Shown here in pieces: positions 43,189 through 56,200 of a stretch of DNA of 64,000 bases. The position numbers were made by a program, and so were the translations under genes. The notes below the pieces were generated by a model that saw only the letters and a list, made by a program, of their open reading frames with translations, was not told the origin of the DNA and ran no database searches. The DNA is from Phoronis australis (lineage: Eukaryota; Animalia; Phoronida): contig NMRA01000056.1 of assembly GCA_002633005.1 (NCBI GenBank), positions 319,165 to 383,164 of the forward strand, given 5' to 3'. The first letter of the stretch is position 1. Each line of letters opens with the position of its first letter.

Positions 43189-46100
43189 CTAGAAAGACAG
43201 CCAATAAACACGGAGTAAGGCATCATGTGACTTTTAACTCCAAATAAGAATAACAATAACACTACCTTAATTTAACATGGACTCTTCCGTTTGAAAAACT
43301 CGAACTTAACAGTTAACGCGGCTATAGGCCTACACCCGCCTTTTGTCACAAAACATTTTTGTTTTAGATCGCTTACATCTGTAAAGTTAGTCTCAAATCG
43401 TTTCGTAATCAAAACAGGTCTGATATCTGGGCTTGAAGAGAAGGGACAGGTCGTTATTTCTTGAGAGCCGTCTGCACAGGTTGGCTTGTTACAGCGTACG
43501 TGTCATTTTATTCGCCGTACATGGTCTCGCGTAATAACGAGATGCCAGTTCTTTTCATGACCAAAAACCACATCTCATTAAACTAATTGGTATAAAACAG
43601 TAATTTTTCATCGACCTAACTAGGGTTCATACCCGCGTTAAACACTTCCCTCTTAATTCCCTAATGACAAAAACATGTTTCAGAGTGACGGAAAGGAATA
43701 TTAATTGTTGTTTATTCATAATTATAAACGCCCATTTAGTCCACGAGTGATGAGGGCATTATATAAGCCATCAGGCTCAACTTTACGTGGGTTAGCTACT
43801 ATACATGACAGGTCATTTTCTGGTCAAATACAGTAAACAGTGGAAAGTTCGTGTTCCAGGAAACCCGTGACTGTACCTACTACAGCAATCATATAATACA
43901 CCAGTGATATCTGGAATTACTTGAATTATCCTGCTTCAACTAATTAGTTAATCAAGAAATAGTTGAAGAATATGACAATCTATATGCGAATTAAGGTCTT
44001 TGGCTCTTTTCCCAAAGTTGACATTTTTCAGTGTTTTTGGCTTCACCCTCGCTCATACATAATCTTAATTACGTTTGAAAATAGATGCATGTTGGCACTT
44101 CAGACGTCAGTGTAAACGTTTGATAGTAACTGTCGTAAATGTTTGTACATAAAAGAGAAATGCGTTCGACTACCAGTTCAACACAACTTACGAACTCGGC
44201 GATGAACTCGGGTCTGTTTGAACGCACACATTTTACCGTATGGAAGACATCGACACCTTGTTCCGCTATAATCTTGTCGAAAAGGTTTACCATAGCGCAG
44301 AAATAACCACTTCTTGTACAACCATCTCTGGAAAATTACCACACTGACGTCATTGCAAAATCTGGTAATTTGTGAATGTAAAAGAAGTCGGAATTAATGA
44401 CAATGTTCTGCGCCCGGGTTCTAATCTTTGTACTCGAAATACAAATAATTCATTTCCGCTCTACTTAAGAACTCGTCACGGTGATTTCCAGTAAAAACTC
44501 GAGTTCAAGATGTTGAAGTCATTAAATGGACACCACTGAGAATTAGACGGTCGTCACGTAAACCGTAATGCATTCTAGTAAAGAATAATTGACAAACATC
44601 TTGAGTTTGCATCAGTAAAAGAGAAATAGACTCCCCACAAATTTCCATAAGCTTCTTGGGTGTTTAACTTATGTCAGGTTCCATTTCAATAACTGTCTCG
44701 CCGCGAGAACACCTAGCCTCCAAAATCTCGTGAGATCCTCATTTTCTAGCGAGACACAAGGGGTTACTGAACTCTATCTTCTTCTTCAGCGTTTTACCGA
44801 GTTTCATTAAATAGCTCCTGTGTTCAGATTGGTCTTATTTGGAGAGTACTTACAGGCAATGTATTGTAATGGGCGTGTTGTCAGTTTTGTGTTGTTGATC
44901 CTTCAGCAGGCTATAAAGCTTTATCAAGGCCGACTGGGTCGATGAAGTCGGTGTTAGTTGATTCTTTGGCCAGTTGATGAGTTCGAACTGCTTGATTTGA
45001 CGAGATGGGTTGTTCGGCTGAAACAAAACTTCACTAGGAATCACAGAATAACAAAAGAGACAATGCTTTCTCCGCATGAAAGGACCGACACGATTTTTAT
45101 TTTCTTTGGATCTGAAGTTCATTCAAAGGTTGTCCACGTTTAGTAGGCTACAAGAACTCAGTGACGTAGGCCTACTCACTATAAAAGTTCCAAATGCGTT
45201 ACTACCAATTCTGCTTATTGCCACTCNAAAATTGCCATAAGCTTCTTGGGTGTTTAACTTACGTCAGGTTCCATTTCAATAACTGTCTCGCCGCGAGAAC
45301 ACCTAGCCTCCAAAATCTCGTGAGATCCTCATTTTCTAGCGAGACACAAGGGGTTACTGAACTCTATCTTCTTCTTCAGCGTTTTACCGAGTTTCATTAA
45401 ATAGGTCCTGTGTTCAGATTGGTCTTATATGGAGAGTACTTACAGGCAATGTATTGTAATGGGCGTGTTGTCAGTTTTGTGTTGTTGATCCTTCAGCAGG
45501 CTATAAAGCTTTATCAAGGCCGACTGGGGCGATGAAGTCGGTGTTAGTTGATTCTTTGGCCAGTTGATGAGTTCGAACTGCTTGATTTGACGAGATGGGT
45601 TGTTCGGCTGAAACAAAACTTCACTAGGAATCACAGAATAACAAAAGAGACAATGCTTTCTCCGCATGAAAGGACCGACACGATTTTTATTTTCTTTGGA
45701 TCTGAAGTTCATTCAAAGGTTGTCCACGTTTAGTAGGCTACAAGAACTCAGTGACGTAGGCCTACTCACTATAAAAGTTCCAAATGCGTTACTACCAATT
45801 CTGCTTATTGCCACTCCCAAACGACCGACTGCTTGACGACTTTGTAAAAATCCAAAAAGTGTTTGCCGCAGAAACGCGAATGATAGAGGTGTATCCAAAA
45901 TTGTACAAGTTCACACTTGCTTGGAATTTGACAAACATTTTCGTTGTACCTTCGAGGTGTTCGTGAGGCTGAATGACCGTTCGATGATTAACTCGTTGTG
46001 CTCATATCGCTTGGACAGGAAGTCGACCCTGAAGTGACCGTGCTGAACGGTGTCGATTTCCGGCCAGTACTGCGCACATGACTGAAACAGGAAATAGTAA

Positions 46101-49100
46101 GTCAAACATCCTAGGAACAGACAACAATTCTTACCATGCGGCTCCTCCGACCAAGAAAATGCCATCTTGCTTGACCTCATCACGTACCCAGAGCTTGATT
46201 TGTCACGCGGCTACATAAAACTTTCAACACAATTTGAGCAGAGGAACCAGGGGTGGATCCAGGATTTTTAGTTCGGGTGGGGGGCAGGGCAGGGCAGAGT
46301 ATTAGCCAAGATTTTGTCCGTCAGGCGTTAACACCCCAGAACTACCAAATGGAATTTGGGAGAGTTTTAGGGGGGCTATGGCCCCCTTGGCTCCACTCTA
46401 AATCCGCCACTGGGAACACTAAGCATCCTGTTACAGCCACAGTACCATGTCATAAAACTCACGTCTACGTACACTGACAGAGCCATGGCAAACGTAACAT
46501 ATCCATGTACGTTTTTGTGAGGGAGACATATTGTCAACGACGAAACTGTGACGCAAATTGTGTAAGACAACTACGTCTGTCGATTCAAAATGTTTTCGGC
46601 AGAATTATCGAGTAAAAGACCTACGTACATTATGTACATACAGACGTCCCACACTCTCAAGTCTGAACAGTTTGAGCAGTGCTCTGAGGGCCCTAGATAC
46701 ACACAGAGCATGCGCGCACCCTCGAACGAGCCCCCCTCCCATTTGGCGAAGTGGACAAAAAGGTCCACCTCAGAGGAACGAAAAGTCCAAGAAAACGAGC
46801 CAAAAGTCCACTGAAAAGGCCCGAACGCAAAATTCACAACTCTGAAACTTGGTACCCCGTTTTTTTGGTCCCTCGTTTTTCTCGTTAATAAAAGGTCCAC
46901 ATTGTCAAAAGTTCGAGCCCCCGTATAGTTTAGGCTGGGTGCGCCCATGTAGAGGGAGATCGGACGTTCTACTATAAATAGCCGTAAAAGCACACGGTTC
47001 ACGTGGCGCCATGTTGTTGTGTGGAAGCTCACTGCACACAAAGCAGAGTGTCCGTAAGCGCGTAAGGGGCCTCGGTATTTTAACGAAATGCAAAAATACT
47101 GACGAGTAGGAAAAAATAAAACCAAAACACGCTGAACATTATCAGCATGATACTTAAATTAAGGATTTTCATTTTAATTTCCAAAAAAAATCCCGAAAGT
47201 GATATCGCTGGGAAGAGGGAAAAATGCAAAATACTAGCATTTTGGAGCCTAGGTCATCAAAATCAACCCATCGGTAAGAAAGTTGGAGCCTTTAGTAGCA
47301 CATCGGCTTGCAAGGTGCATAACACTCAGTTCCATACAACAAAATGGCCGTCCTGCTATACTTTTACCAAGCCACCTTCTGTCTCTATGCTGAGGACTCG
47401 TGCCCATAGTCGAAGAAGAAGTGAGAGCCAATTGGGAACTTTTGTCGCCTTTCGCAATACCGACTTATGATACTGACTTATAATTGCGTGACACCATGAT
47501 TATGCAGGGGCGGATCCAGGATTTTGAATTGGAGTGGGCAGGGCAGAGTATTAGCCAGGATTTTTCCTGTCAGACATTCGCACCTCCGAACTGCCAAATG
47601 GAATCTGGGAGAATTTTAGGGGGAGGGGGGCATGACACCCTTGGCCCCCTTCNAGGGGCCTCGGTATTTTAAATGCAAAAATACTGACGAGTAGGAAAAA
47701 AAAAACAAAACACGCTGAACATTATCAGCATGATACTTAAATTAAGGATTTTCATTTTAATTTCCAAAAAAAATCCCGAAAGTGATATCGCTGGGAAGAG
47801 GGAAAAATGCAAAATACTAGCATTTTGGAGCCTAGGTCATCAAAATCGACCCATCGGTAAGAAAGTTGGAGCCTTTAGTAGCACATCGGCTTGCAAGGTG
47901 CATAACACTCAGTTCCATACAACAAAATGGCCGTCCTGCTATACTTTTACCAAGCCACCTTCTGTCTCTATGCTGAGGACTCGTGCCCATAGTCGAAGAA
48001 GAAGTGAGAGCCAATTGGGAACTTTTGTCGCCTTTCGCAATACCGACTTATGATACTGACTTATAATTGCGTGACACCATGATTATGCAGGGGCGGATCC
48101 AGGATTTTGAATTGGAGTGGGCAGGGCAGAGTATTAGCCAGGATTTTTCCTGTCAGACATTCGCACCTCCGAACTGCCAAATGGAATCTGGGAGAATTTT
48201 AGGAGGAGGGGGGCATGACACCCTTGGCCCCCTTCTAAATCCGCCAATGTTATGGACAACAGATTCCCAACACCAACACTTTCAAATGAAAATCCAAGAA
48301 GAGGTGCTTCTCTCGCCCAATGCACAACTTAACCTCCGATTGGGAAGAGAAAAGTAAAACAGACGCTGCTATATAGTGAATAGAGACGTCGCGGCCAATA
48401 GTTTTAGTCGAGGCTTGAACGCAAGATCATAGATTTTGTGCATTGTGAATAAACAGGGTTGGCGAACCGGCGTAGTCACGGTGACACACGTGTTCCATGT
48501 CTTAGAACTATGGCAAGACCTTGAATAGAAAAGGAATTTCTTTCAAGAGAATAGCCCAGTTTCTTGGACACTTCTCGGTTCTGATAGAAGAACGTGTATG
48601 CAAACCGCACCCTCCCCCCAGTGCCGAAACACTGTAATTAGTGTGAAGGACATGAGATCGAAGAAACTCTTACTTTATCGCCGTCAGTGTTAGCGTTCAA
48701 CATGACAATAGTGCTGCTATTGTGGTCGTTCATCATACGCCAGAAATCTAGCACGGTGTTCGGCAGTGGCGTCTGCGTGACTATGAACTCATCGCGGTGC
48801 TTGAAACCCTGTAGCGAGAGGATACTGCCATCAAACGCTTTCTCGACCTCAGTAAGTTGATGTCTCGCCTGCACTTCGTTATGCAAAACCATTTTTTTTA
48901 AAGAAACCACATTTTGAAATCATGGTAACACGTTGTCGTTCTCATCAACTTAAACACAATTGGTCGTGACTTTATATAGAAATGCAGTACTGTTGGTCAC
49001 ACTCACATTAACGAAGACGGCGTTGATGTAGTCGGTTTCGTCCACGTTTCCGGAAGTCACCAAGTAAGGGCGTGCCCGACCAACTAAAAAAAGATGCCGT

Positions 49101-52100
49101 TGGGAGTCAGTACAGTGTGACGATTTCTGTCAGCCATTGGAATATTAAGGGGTGCATAACTCTTCATCCATCATACTGATTTTCTCGTCAATTAGGTTGA
49201 ACGTTTAACGCAAGTACTTTTAAGTATTAAAATACATGTACCTGTCTATGATGAAGGCTGTGACAAAGGACCTGAGGTCAAGTAATTAAAAAAACAGCTC
49301 AGCATAAGTTTTCCTCAAAGTATCAGTCTGAATTGTGCGAATGTTTACAGAATAATTGCTTGATATTAGGTAAATTAAACCTCGCTTGAAATATCGTAGC
49401 AATGTCTTACTCTGCTCCTATACTCAACGCTAAACATATTCCTATATATAGGATGCTATTTCCATAAGCGTACTTGGCAAAACTGAGAAACGATTCTTGC
49501 TGGCATTGTTCGGAAGCTTCCCAGCCCAATAATCTTCTGGGTCACTTGTGAGACAGAGACGTCGTGCAGTCTGTAAGGACATAGAGAGAGAGACACTGAA
49601 TGGAGCCCGAGAGCAATTTGTAGGCCTACCACGTACTGTATGAGTGCCTAATGGGCGAATCACTAGCGAGATTTAATCAAATTAATACACGCAACTGGTG
49701 TCGATAGTTGTAATCTTTTTAAGGATAACGAAAATCGGTTCGTGCGCATCACAGAGCGTATATTTGTGATGCAGTCCGATTCAGAACAGAATCAAGAAAG
49801 TGTCACGCAGGCAATCGTCTGGAGTGCTCGGTAACCTGGCAGTTGATTTTGAATAGGTGGAACCTGTTTACTCGCACCTTAAAATCCTACTACAACGTCG
49901 TGATTTCTACAGATTGTTTACCTGAGTCTACCAGGGGTGCTATTAGCTAGCTGTGTCCACTATCCCTCCAATCCTTACCTATATGACGTCACAGGCTATC
50001 CACGAAAAAGGTCAGTGTAGCATCGCAAAACCAAGCCGTTGCTGAATTGCAGAAATACAATGTTCACCAGCCGGCAGCCACAGTATCGAGCAGATCTATT
50101 TTCTCGTGACAGTACCCACAGTTGGGCAAAGACAAAAGTGGGCACGAAAAGAACAAGCTTGGTAAGGAACTCCTTTCAAATAATTCTCCAAATTTGAAAA
50201 TATTGAATAATTTGGTTTCATATGGACTTCTTGACAGTTCACGATAAATGTGCCCTTCCCATATACTTGTGTGCTTTGTTAGCACTACCATCCTATGTTG
50301 CTGGTCATTTTTCCCTCACAATAAAAATTTACTCTGGTCATAAGGAAAGATGAAAGAAGCTTATCCGTTTCACTTGAGAAGATGAGCGACCATTGCCGTG
50401 GGACCGTTTCAGTCTGGTTACGCAATCACGACCCTTTCTTACTAGTTAGGTTAACTGTGTTAGCAGTTACATGCATGTAGCTGGAAGTACGCGAAACCGG
50501 ATTGTCTATGAAAAAGTAGCTATTTATGAAAGTATTGCCAGTTTAAAATCAAACAAGTTTGTAATCAAAGAATAACAGGTTTGCAATTTATTTTGAACGA
50601 GCTCAATATTTACATGTATATGGCGCAACTCAAGGAGGATCAACATCATTAACGACAAATGATATTAGAATACAATTTTATCTTAGGTGTAACAATCAAC
50701 CCCGCGTGATCATTTGTTCAAGAAAACACTTTTTGGTGCATACAGTGATCGCCTCACTGAGATAGTGTAATATCATTAGGTTTCTGAAAACGGAAATCTT
50801 AAGAACCTTTAATTTGAATCAGTATTCTTATCTCGATTTTCTGCTTTAGGAAGGATACCTACTTCAAATTCCTTCTTTAGAGGACTGTTTTTCCTTTCTT
50901 GTTCGTCTGCAAAGAGCTCCAAAAGAGTGCTCTCGTACTGCGGGGTTGGTATGAACGTCTCTCCACCGTAAACACTTTCAAGAATCGCTGTGTGGATGAA
51001 CTTGTACTGATGCTAAAAAGATATTTTGATGCTTTTCTTTGTAACATATTTCTGTTTCGAAGATGTTGACATATAGGTTATCCCACATACATAGGAATAC
51101 CATTGTCCAATCTTATCCAGAATTCATTTCATCTCGAAAAGTGGGGAATGCATTTACTCGTGCGCCTAAAATCAGTCGCCGTTTTTGACGTCATTGCAGG
51201 TTGCTTTCCATTATGATCATTGAAAAGGAACGCCACTATAGGTACATGAAAATTACTACAGCCTGTGCTTTTAAGGCTGCTCAAAATGTCAGAATTTGAG
51301 GGTCATGCCAAAAGTCGCTATGGGCAATAAGAATACTGCAAGGTGTGAAAATACGACAACAAATAAATGAACTAGACCCTGGATCATGTAATGATAGCTC
51401 TTGCCTTGGCGAGAACTATCAGCTCAGCTGTTATTCAACGCGTGCCTGTCCCTAAGCCACGACAGACGGGCACTTTCCCTGGTATTCCAGTCACAGTAAA
51501 ATTGCTCCATTGTAGTTCAAGCGCTTTCCAGTTTCAATTCTGCAAATCACGTACGATACTCACTTACCACTGTTTGCACCATGTTGACCCTCTGCTGCCG
51601 GAGCAGATACACGTGGCCGAGAATGTCTACAAAGTTCTCCACTCGGGCTTGTTCGCTTAAAATGTCCATCATTATGAACGTACCACTCCTGCCGACACCG
51701 GCACTAAAACAGACGTAGAAGGGCTCATGTGATTAGGTTTCACGTTTGGAAGAGAAACAGAATGCTGTATTACCAGGAGTGCTTCAGGAAAATGAAAATT
51801 TGCCACAGAGACGCCTGTCATCAACAACAGTTGTTTCCTAGGTTTTTTGACTACAGTTGTTACAGCGCTTTCAAAAAAGCAGCGTTGGAATCAGGTGCTT
51901 AAAGTAAAGGCTACAACGAGGTTTGTGATATTTCGTTCCTCTTTGTCGACACTTGAATGTGAAATTGTTTGTAAAAACGTAAAGATTTTACTCTTCATGA
52001 TTACTGAAAACATTCCAAAACACCATGTCTCCTCATAAAGTGAGGATCCAAACATACCAACCTGCAGTGAATGACCGTTGGATTGTCATCGCCATCTTCA

Positions 52101-53209
52101 ACAATTCGTTCCTTAACGATCCCGTAGAACTTCCACAGGTTAGACGAGTTAGTGGGAACGCCATGATCCGGCCATCCAGTAAAATGATAATGAATGAGTT
52201 CTCTTGGTTTATTCAACGAGGGCTACAATAAGAAATTCAAAGCTATGTTCGTTCACAATGTTTGCATTCACGCCAACTTTGCTTTTCCACAGTATTTAGC
52301 TACCAAAAAGAAAAACTAGTTAAACCACTTTTAAAGCTAATATAATCGGTCCGTGCTAGGACACGATATTCGTTACCAACAATTGAAACTATCAGGGACT
52401 AAAGAAAACGCTTCAGAGTTTGTTGGGGTTGGCCAGTTCTAAAACTGCGAATTCGAAAACAACATTGAGCTAGACAGCCGCAAAATCCCACTTAAAATAA
52501 AGAAACAGCACTTACACCATAAACGTTGAGAACTTCGAACGTCCGTGTAACGTAATCATGTTGCGTTTCTTTGCTAGTCAATGTCACATTAATGTGACCG
52601 TAGCGTTCTACCTCGTGCGAATCGGGCCAGTACTCTTCGCATTTTTTCTGAAAATACAATACACAACTAAAGACAGTTTTAACTAAAAATACGTTCACTT
52701 AGTGCCCCTAAAGGCTTATGTATGCGAGTATATCCAACTTCCTTTTGGCCGAATCCCTGAGTTTTGCCGAATCGGTTCCAAGACCAAAATATGTGTTTGT
52801 GATTCCATGACGACGCTCTTTTCCTTAATGTATATGCCCTGTTCCTGCTTTTCCTGCTGCTAGTCTGAAGGAAATGTTACTGTTGCTGCTACCGCTTTTG
52901 ATGTAGGTGTTAGTGCTGCTGCTTTTGCAATCGCTACTGGTTTTGCTGTTTGTATAGCCGCTACTGCTGTTATCTCTAATGTTGCTGTTACATAGCACTG
53001 CTGTTGCTGCAGCATCTGATGCTGGTCGTACAGCTGTTACTACCGGCGCTTCTGATGTTGGTGTTCGCGCTGCTACTGCTGTTATCACTTCTAAACTTGG
53101 TGCACGTGCAGCTGCTTTTGTTGCCAGTTCTGATCTTGGTGTTTGCACTGCTGCTGTTACTGCTGATACTGTCACCTCTGATGTTGGTGTTTGTGCTTCC
53201 GATGGTGCC

Positions 53210-53241
<32 letters not shown>

Positions 53242-56200
53242 ACGACGCTAATTTGCAGAAACGTTGACCTACCTTGTCACCTTCTGTTGTCTTCGTCAAC
53301 ATTACAACTCTGGTTATGTTCTTCTGCCAGATCAACCTCCAGAAGTCATTCACTGTGTGTCGATTCGGTCCTGCATCAAACTGAACTTATCAGTGAAGAA
53401 GAAAATGATTTTTTGTAAACAACGAGGTCCACGCGATTATCCACATTGGTTTGAACTATGGCTATTCAGCTGCACCCCATAACCATTAAATGGAAGAGAA
53501 TCCCCACGCTAACAACGAGGAACTTAATGGTAGACCTACCCATTGCCGCAATAAAGGCTCGAGGTTTCTTGTAGCCATCGATATAGCTGGCATTGATGTA
53601 ATCCGAATGTGGCTCGGATGGCATTGCCTCTAGAACTACACGGTTTTTGTCATCTGAAATGGAAACAATCACCAAAACAAAATTGCACCTGTCCTATGCT
53701 TCGTACATTACGACGTTAAGTTAAGTACTTTTAAAACAGAAAATTCGTATCTATAAGCCCTCGGTCATGAACAAACTACTTTTAGAGTCCGCGGCAGATT
53801 TCGAAGCTAAATGTCATCCATGCTGTTTCAACACCCTATTCAAATTACAATATGCTGCACCGAAAATGACTGGGAGAAATGGGTTTACTTAGTTTATTTC
53901 AAAAAAGTACACGATTCGTATTTATGTTCTCATTGAAGCACATGTCATAAGAATCCTAATAGGTCTCATAAGATTCGGGAAACTCTCATATATTGTCACT
54001 AGCCAATCATAAGTTCAGGTATTATTCATGACGTCACACAAAACTAAACGAGATTCCGATACTTCGAATATGCAACACACGCATCCCACAGAGTCTGTTC
54101 CATAGCAATTCATTCTGCAGGCAACGGTACAGATATGACTAGACTCTCTTGGAACCACTTTTAAGTGTTTAAAACAACTGCCCGACATGCCTTGTCACGA
54201 AGCATTCCTAATAACAGAACAAGGTCTATATGTAATGATGCTGCACTATAGTGATCCTCTTCGTTTTCTAGTACAGATTAACATTTGGTCAAGAGATTGA
54301 AATCGACGTCACGCCGATAAATTCTCAAGAAATGATAAATGTGAAAGCCTGTCGCATGCGGATTTCATCAGAAATCAACTGTTACAGGGTTCTGCGATGT
54401 ACAATCTCCTTCATGTTCTCAAAATTTGATGGAGATTCGAAACCTTCTTCTGCTATGGTGTTGCCCTCGAAGATCGAAACGGAGATCGCAACATGCATTC
54501 AAAATATAAATGATTCTGAAGAGTCCAATAAGCCAGCCACCCTATCACGGCTACTGGGCTAATAAAACCCGTCTCTGATGGGGCAGGACAGTTACAAAAT
54601 TATAATACGTACATGGAAGAATGTTGGTGAATCGATTTTTCTTCTTGTTGTCCACAATTGTTGCTGCTGTCCGAGGGAAGATGTGTCCATGAGGTAGAAA
54701 CTTGGAAGTATTTTAAAAGACGTTACCAGAACAAAAACTAAGCATCAACAATGTATTCGATGGTAACATTAACTATATTTAATCTTCAGCCTTGTTCGCA
54801 TAGTATAGGCATAGACATAAGTTATGAATTGAAGAAATGTATCTCTGAGAAATACATGTGCAATATGTTCTATGATATATTTCAGTAAATTTTCCGTCAG
54901 TAAGTACGAGTTCGTCTTGACAAATCAGGTCGATTCCACTATTTTTCGGAATTTGTTCAAAAATCTCAAAGGTTTAATTCAAAAGTATTAGGCATATTTA
55001 AAAAAAACAGACGCAATTCCACTCATAATATCCCATTGAAGTTTGGTCAGGTAATTTTAAGCTCAAGGCTATTGGAAGCTTATCAGGATAATTTTAACGT
55101 TTGGACAACGCAGCTTTAAAGTATAAGTGCCGTTTTTTTATTTTTGCTTAAAGTAAGTATCTCACAATGTCTGAATTGGCACATAGTTTCTCAATTCATC
55201 ATAACTTGAACTTCCACAATGTCTGGCACTCTTAGGTAACAACGGAATCACGACATAAGCAGTGTTTATCACGATATGCTTATTTTACGAGGAATTCGTG
55301 AGATTTCAAAGTGATCAGTGCGATTTTTTGTCGAAAGTGGTGATGTGGGAAGTAGCTTCGTATTCACGTGATCCAGCTGTTCCGTAACTAGGAGAAAATC
55401 GAATTATGGCAAACCACAATACTGACGTCCAGTGGACGATTCTCTCTGATCAATATACCAATACATACACTGCTTATGACGTCAAACCTTTCCAGCTTAC
55501 TAGGGAGCATTTGAGCGCGGATCACCAAAAACGATATCGGCTGTAATTTAATGGCGACTTGGCTTATTGGTGGGAAGAAATAGTGAGCCAAGTAATGAAA
55601 TACTTAGTTTATTATCATTAACCCCAGGATCTATACTTCAAGGAGCGCTAGATAAAATGTGAGTTATACGCTAAACATCTCATTTTATGCAACAAAGGAA
55701 GACGAAATATCGTTTTCATCCGAGGCCAAACGATAGATATGACTTAAAACCTTCAGAAGGGGCCTACCTTGTACTCTTCATTTAGACTGTCGTCAGCAAG
55801 GCGCGAGGTCACATACGTATCCAAATCATCAATTGAAATGGGGTTGTTGAGGTTAACGAGTTCAGTTTTCGTGGTTTCATGGGCGTCGCTTGAGCTCGAC
55901 TCTGTAGATGTTTTTTTCTTCTCTTTGCCTGATTGATTTATGGTAGCACAATCGCTCGTCAGGGCTGAAATAGCTGCGCTTCCTTTCCATTTACCGGTTA
56001 AATGTAATATAAAAATGTGCCATTAAGACTGTCAAATGTAAGCTCGTCCGATACAATGTTCTTTAATTTATTTATGATGTTATCGTGCAAGTTTCTACAA
56101 GCTCGTTCGATACAATATTCGCCAATTTCTGCGTGCCATTCGGAATACCTCGGACAATTTTCGTGGCATCAAATTATGCCTCGGTGGTTTTTCACATCTG

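Noticed and set aside
44854-45607. Apparent duplicated RPTP D2 exon (a possible second mutually exclusive pair)
   Set aside because: Exon and flanking intron are near-identical and abut a single N at 45227. This is a scaffolding or haplotype overlap artefact, unlike the diverged PDE4 pair.
47147-48053. Two near-identical 107-aa ORFs
   Set aside because: Intronic sequence duplicated around the N at 47653; no recognisable protein motifs.
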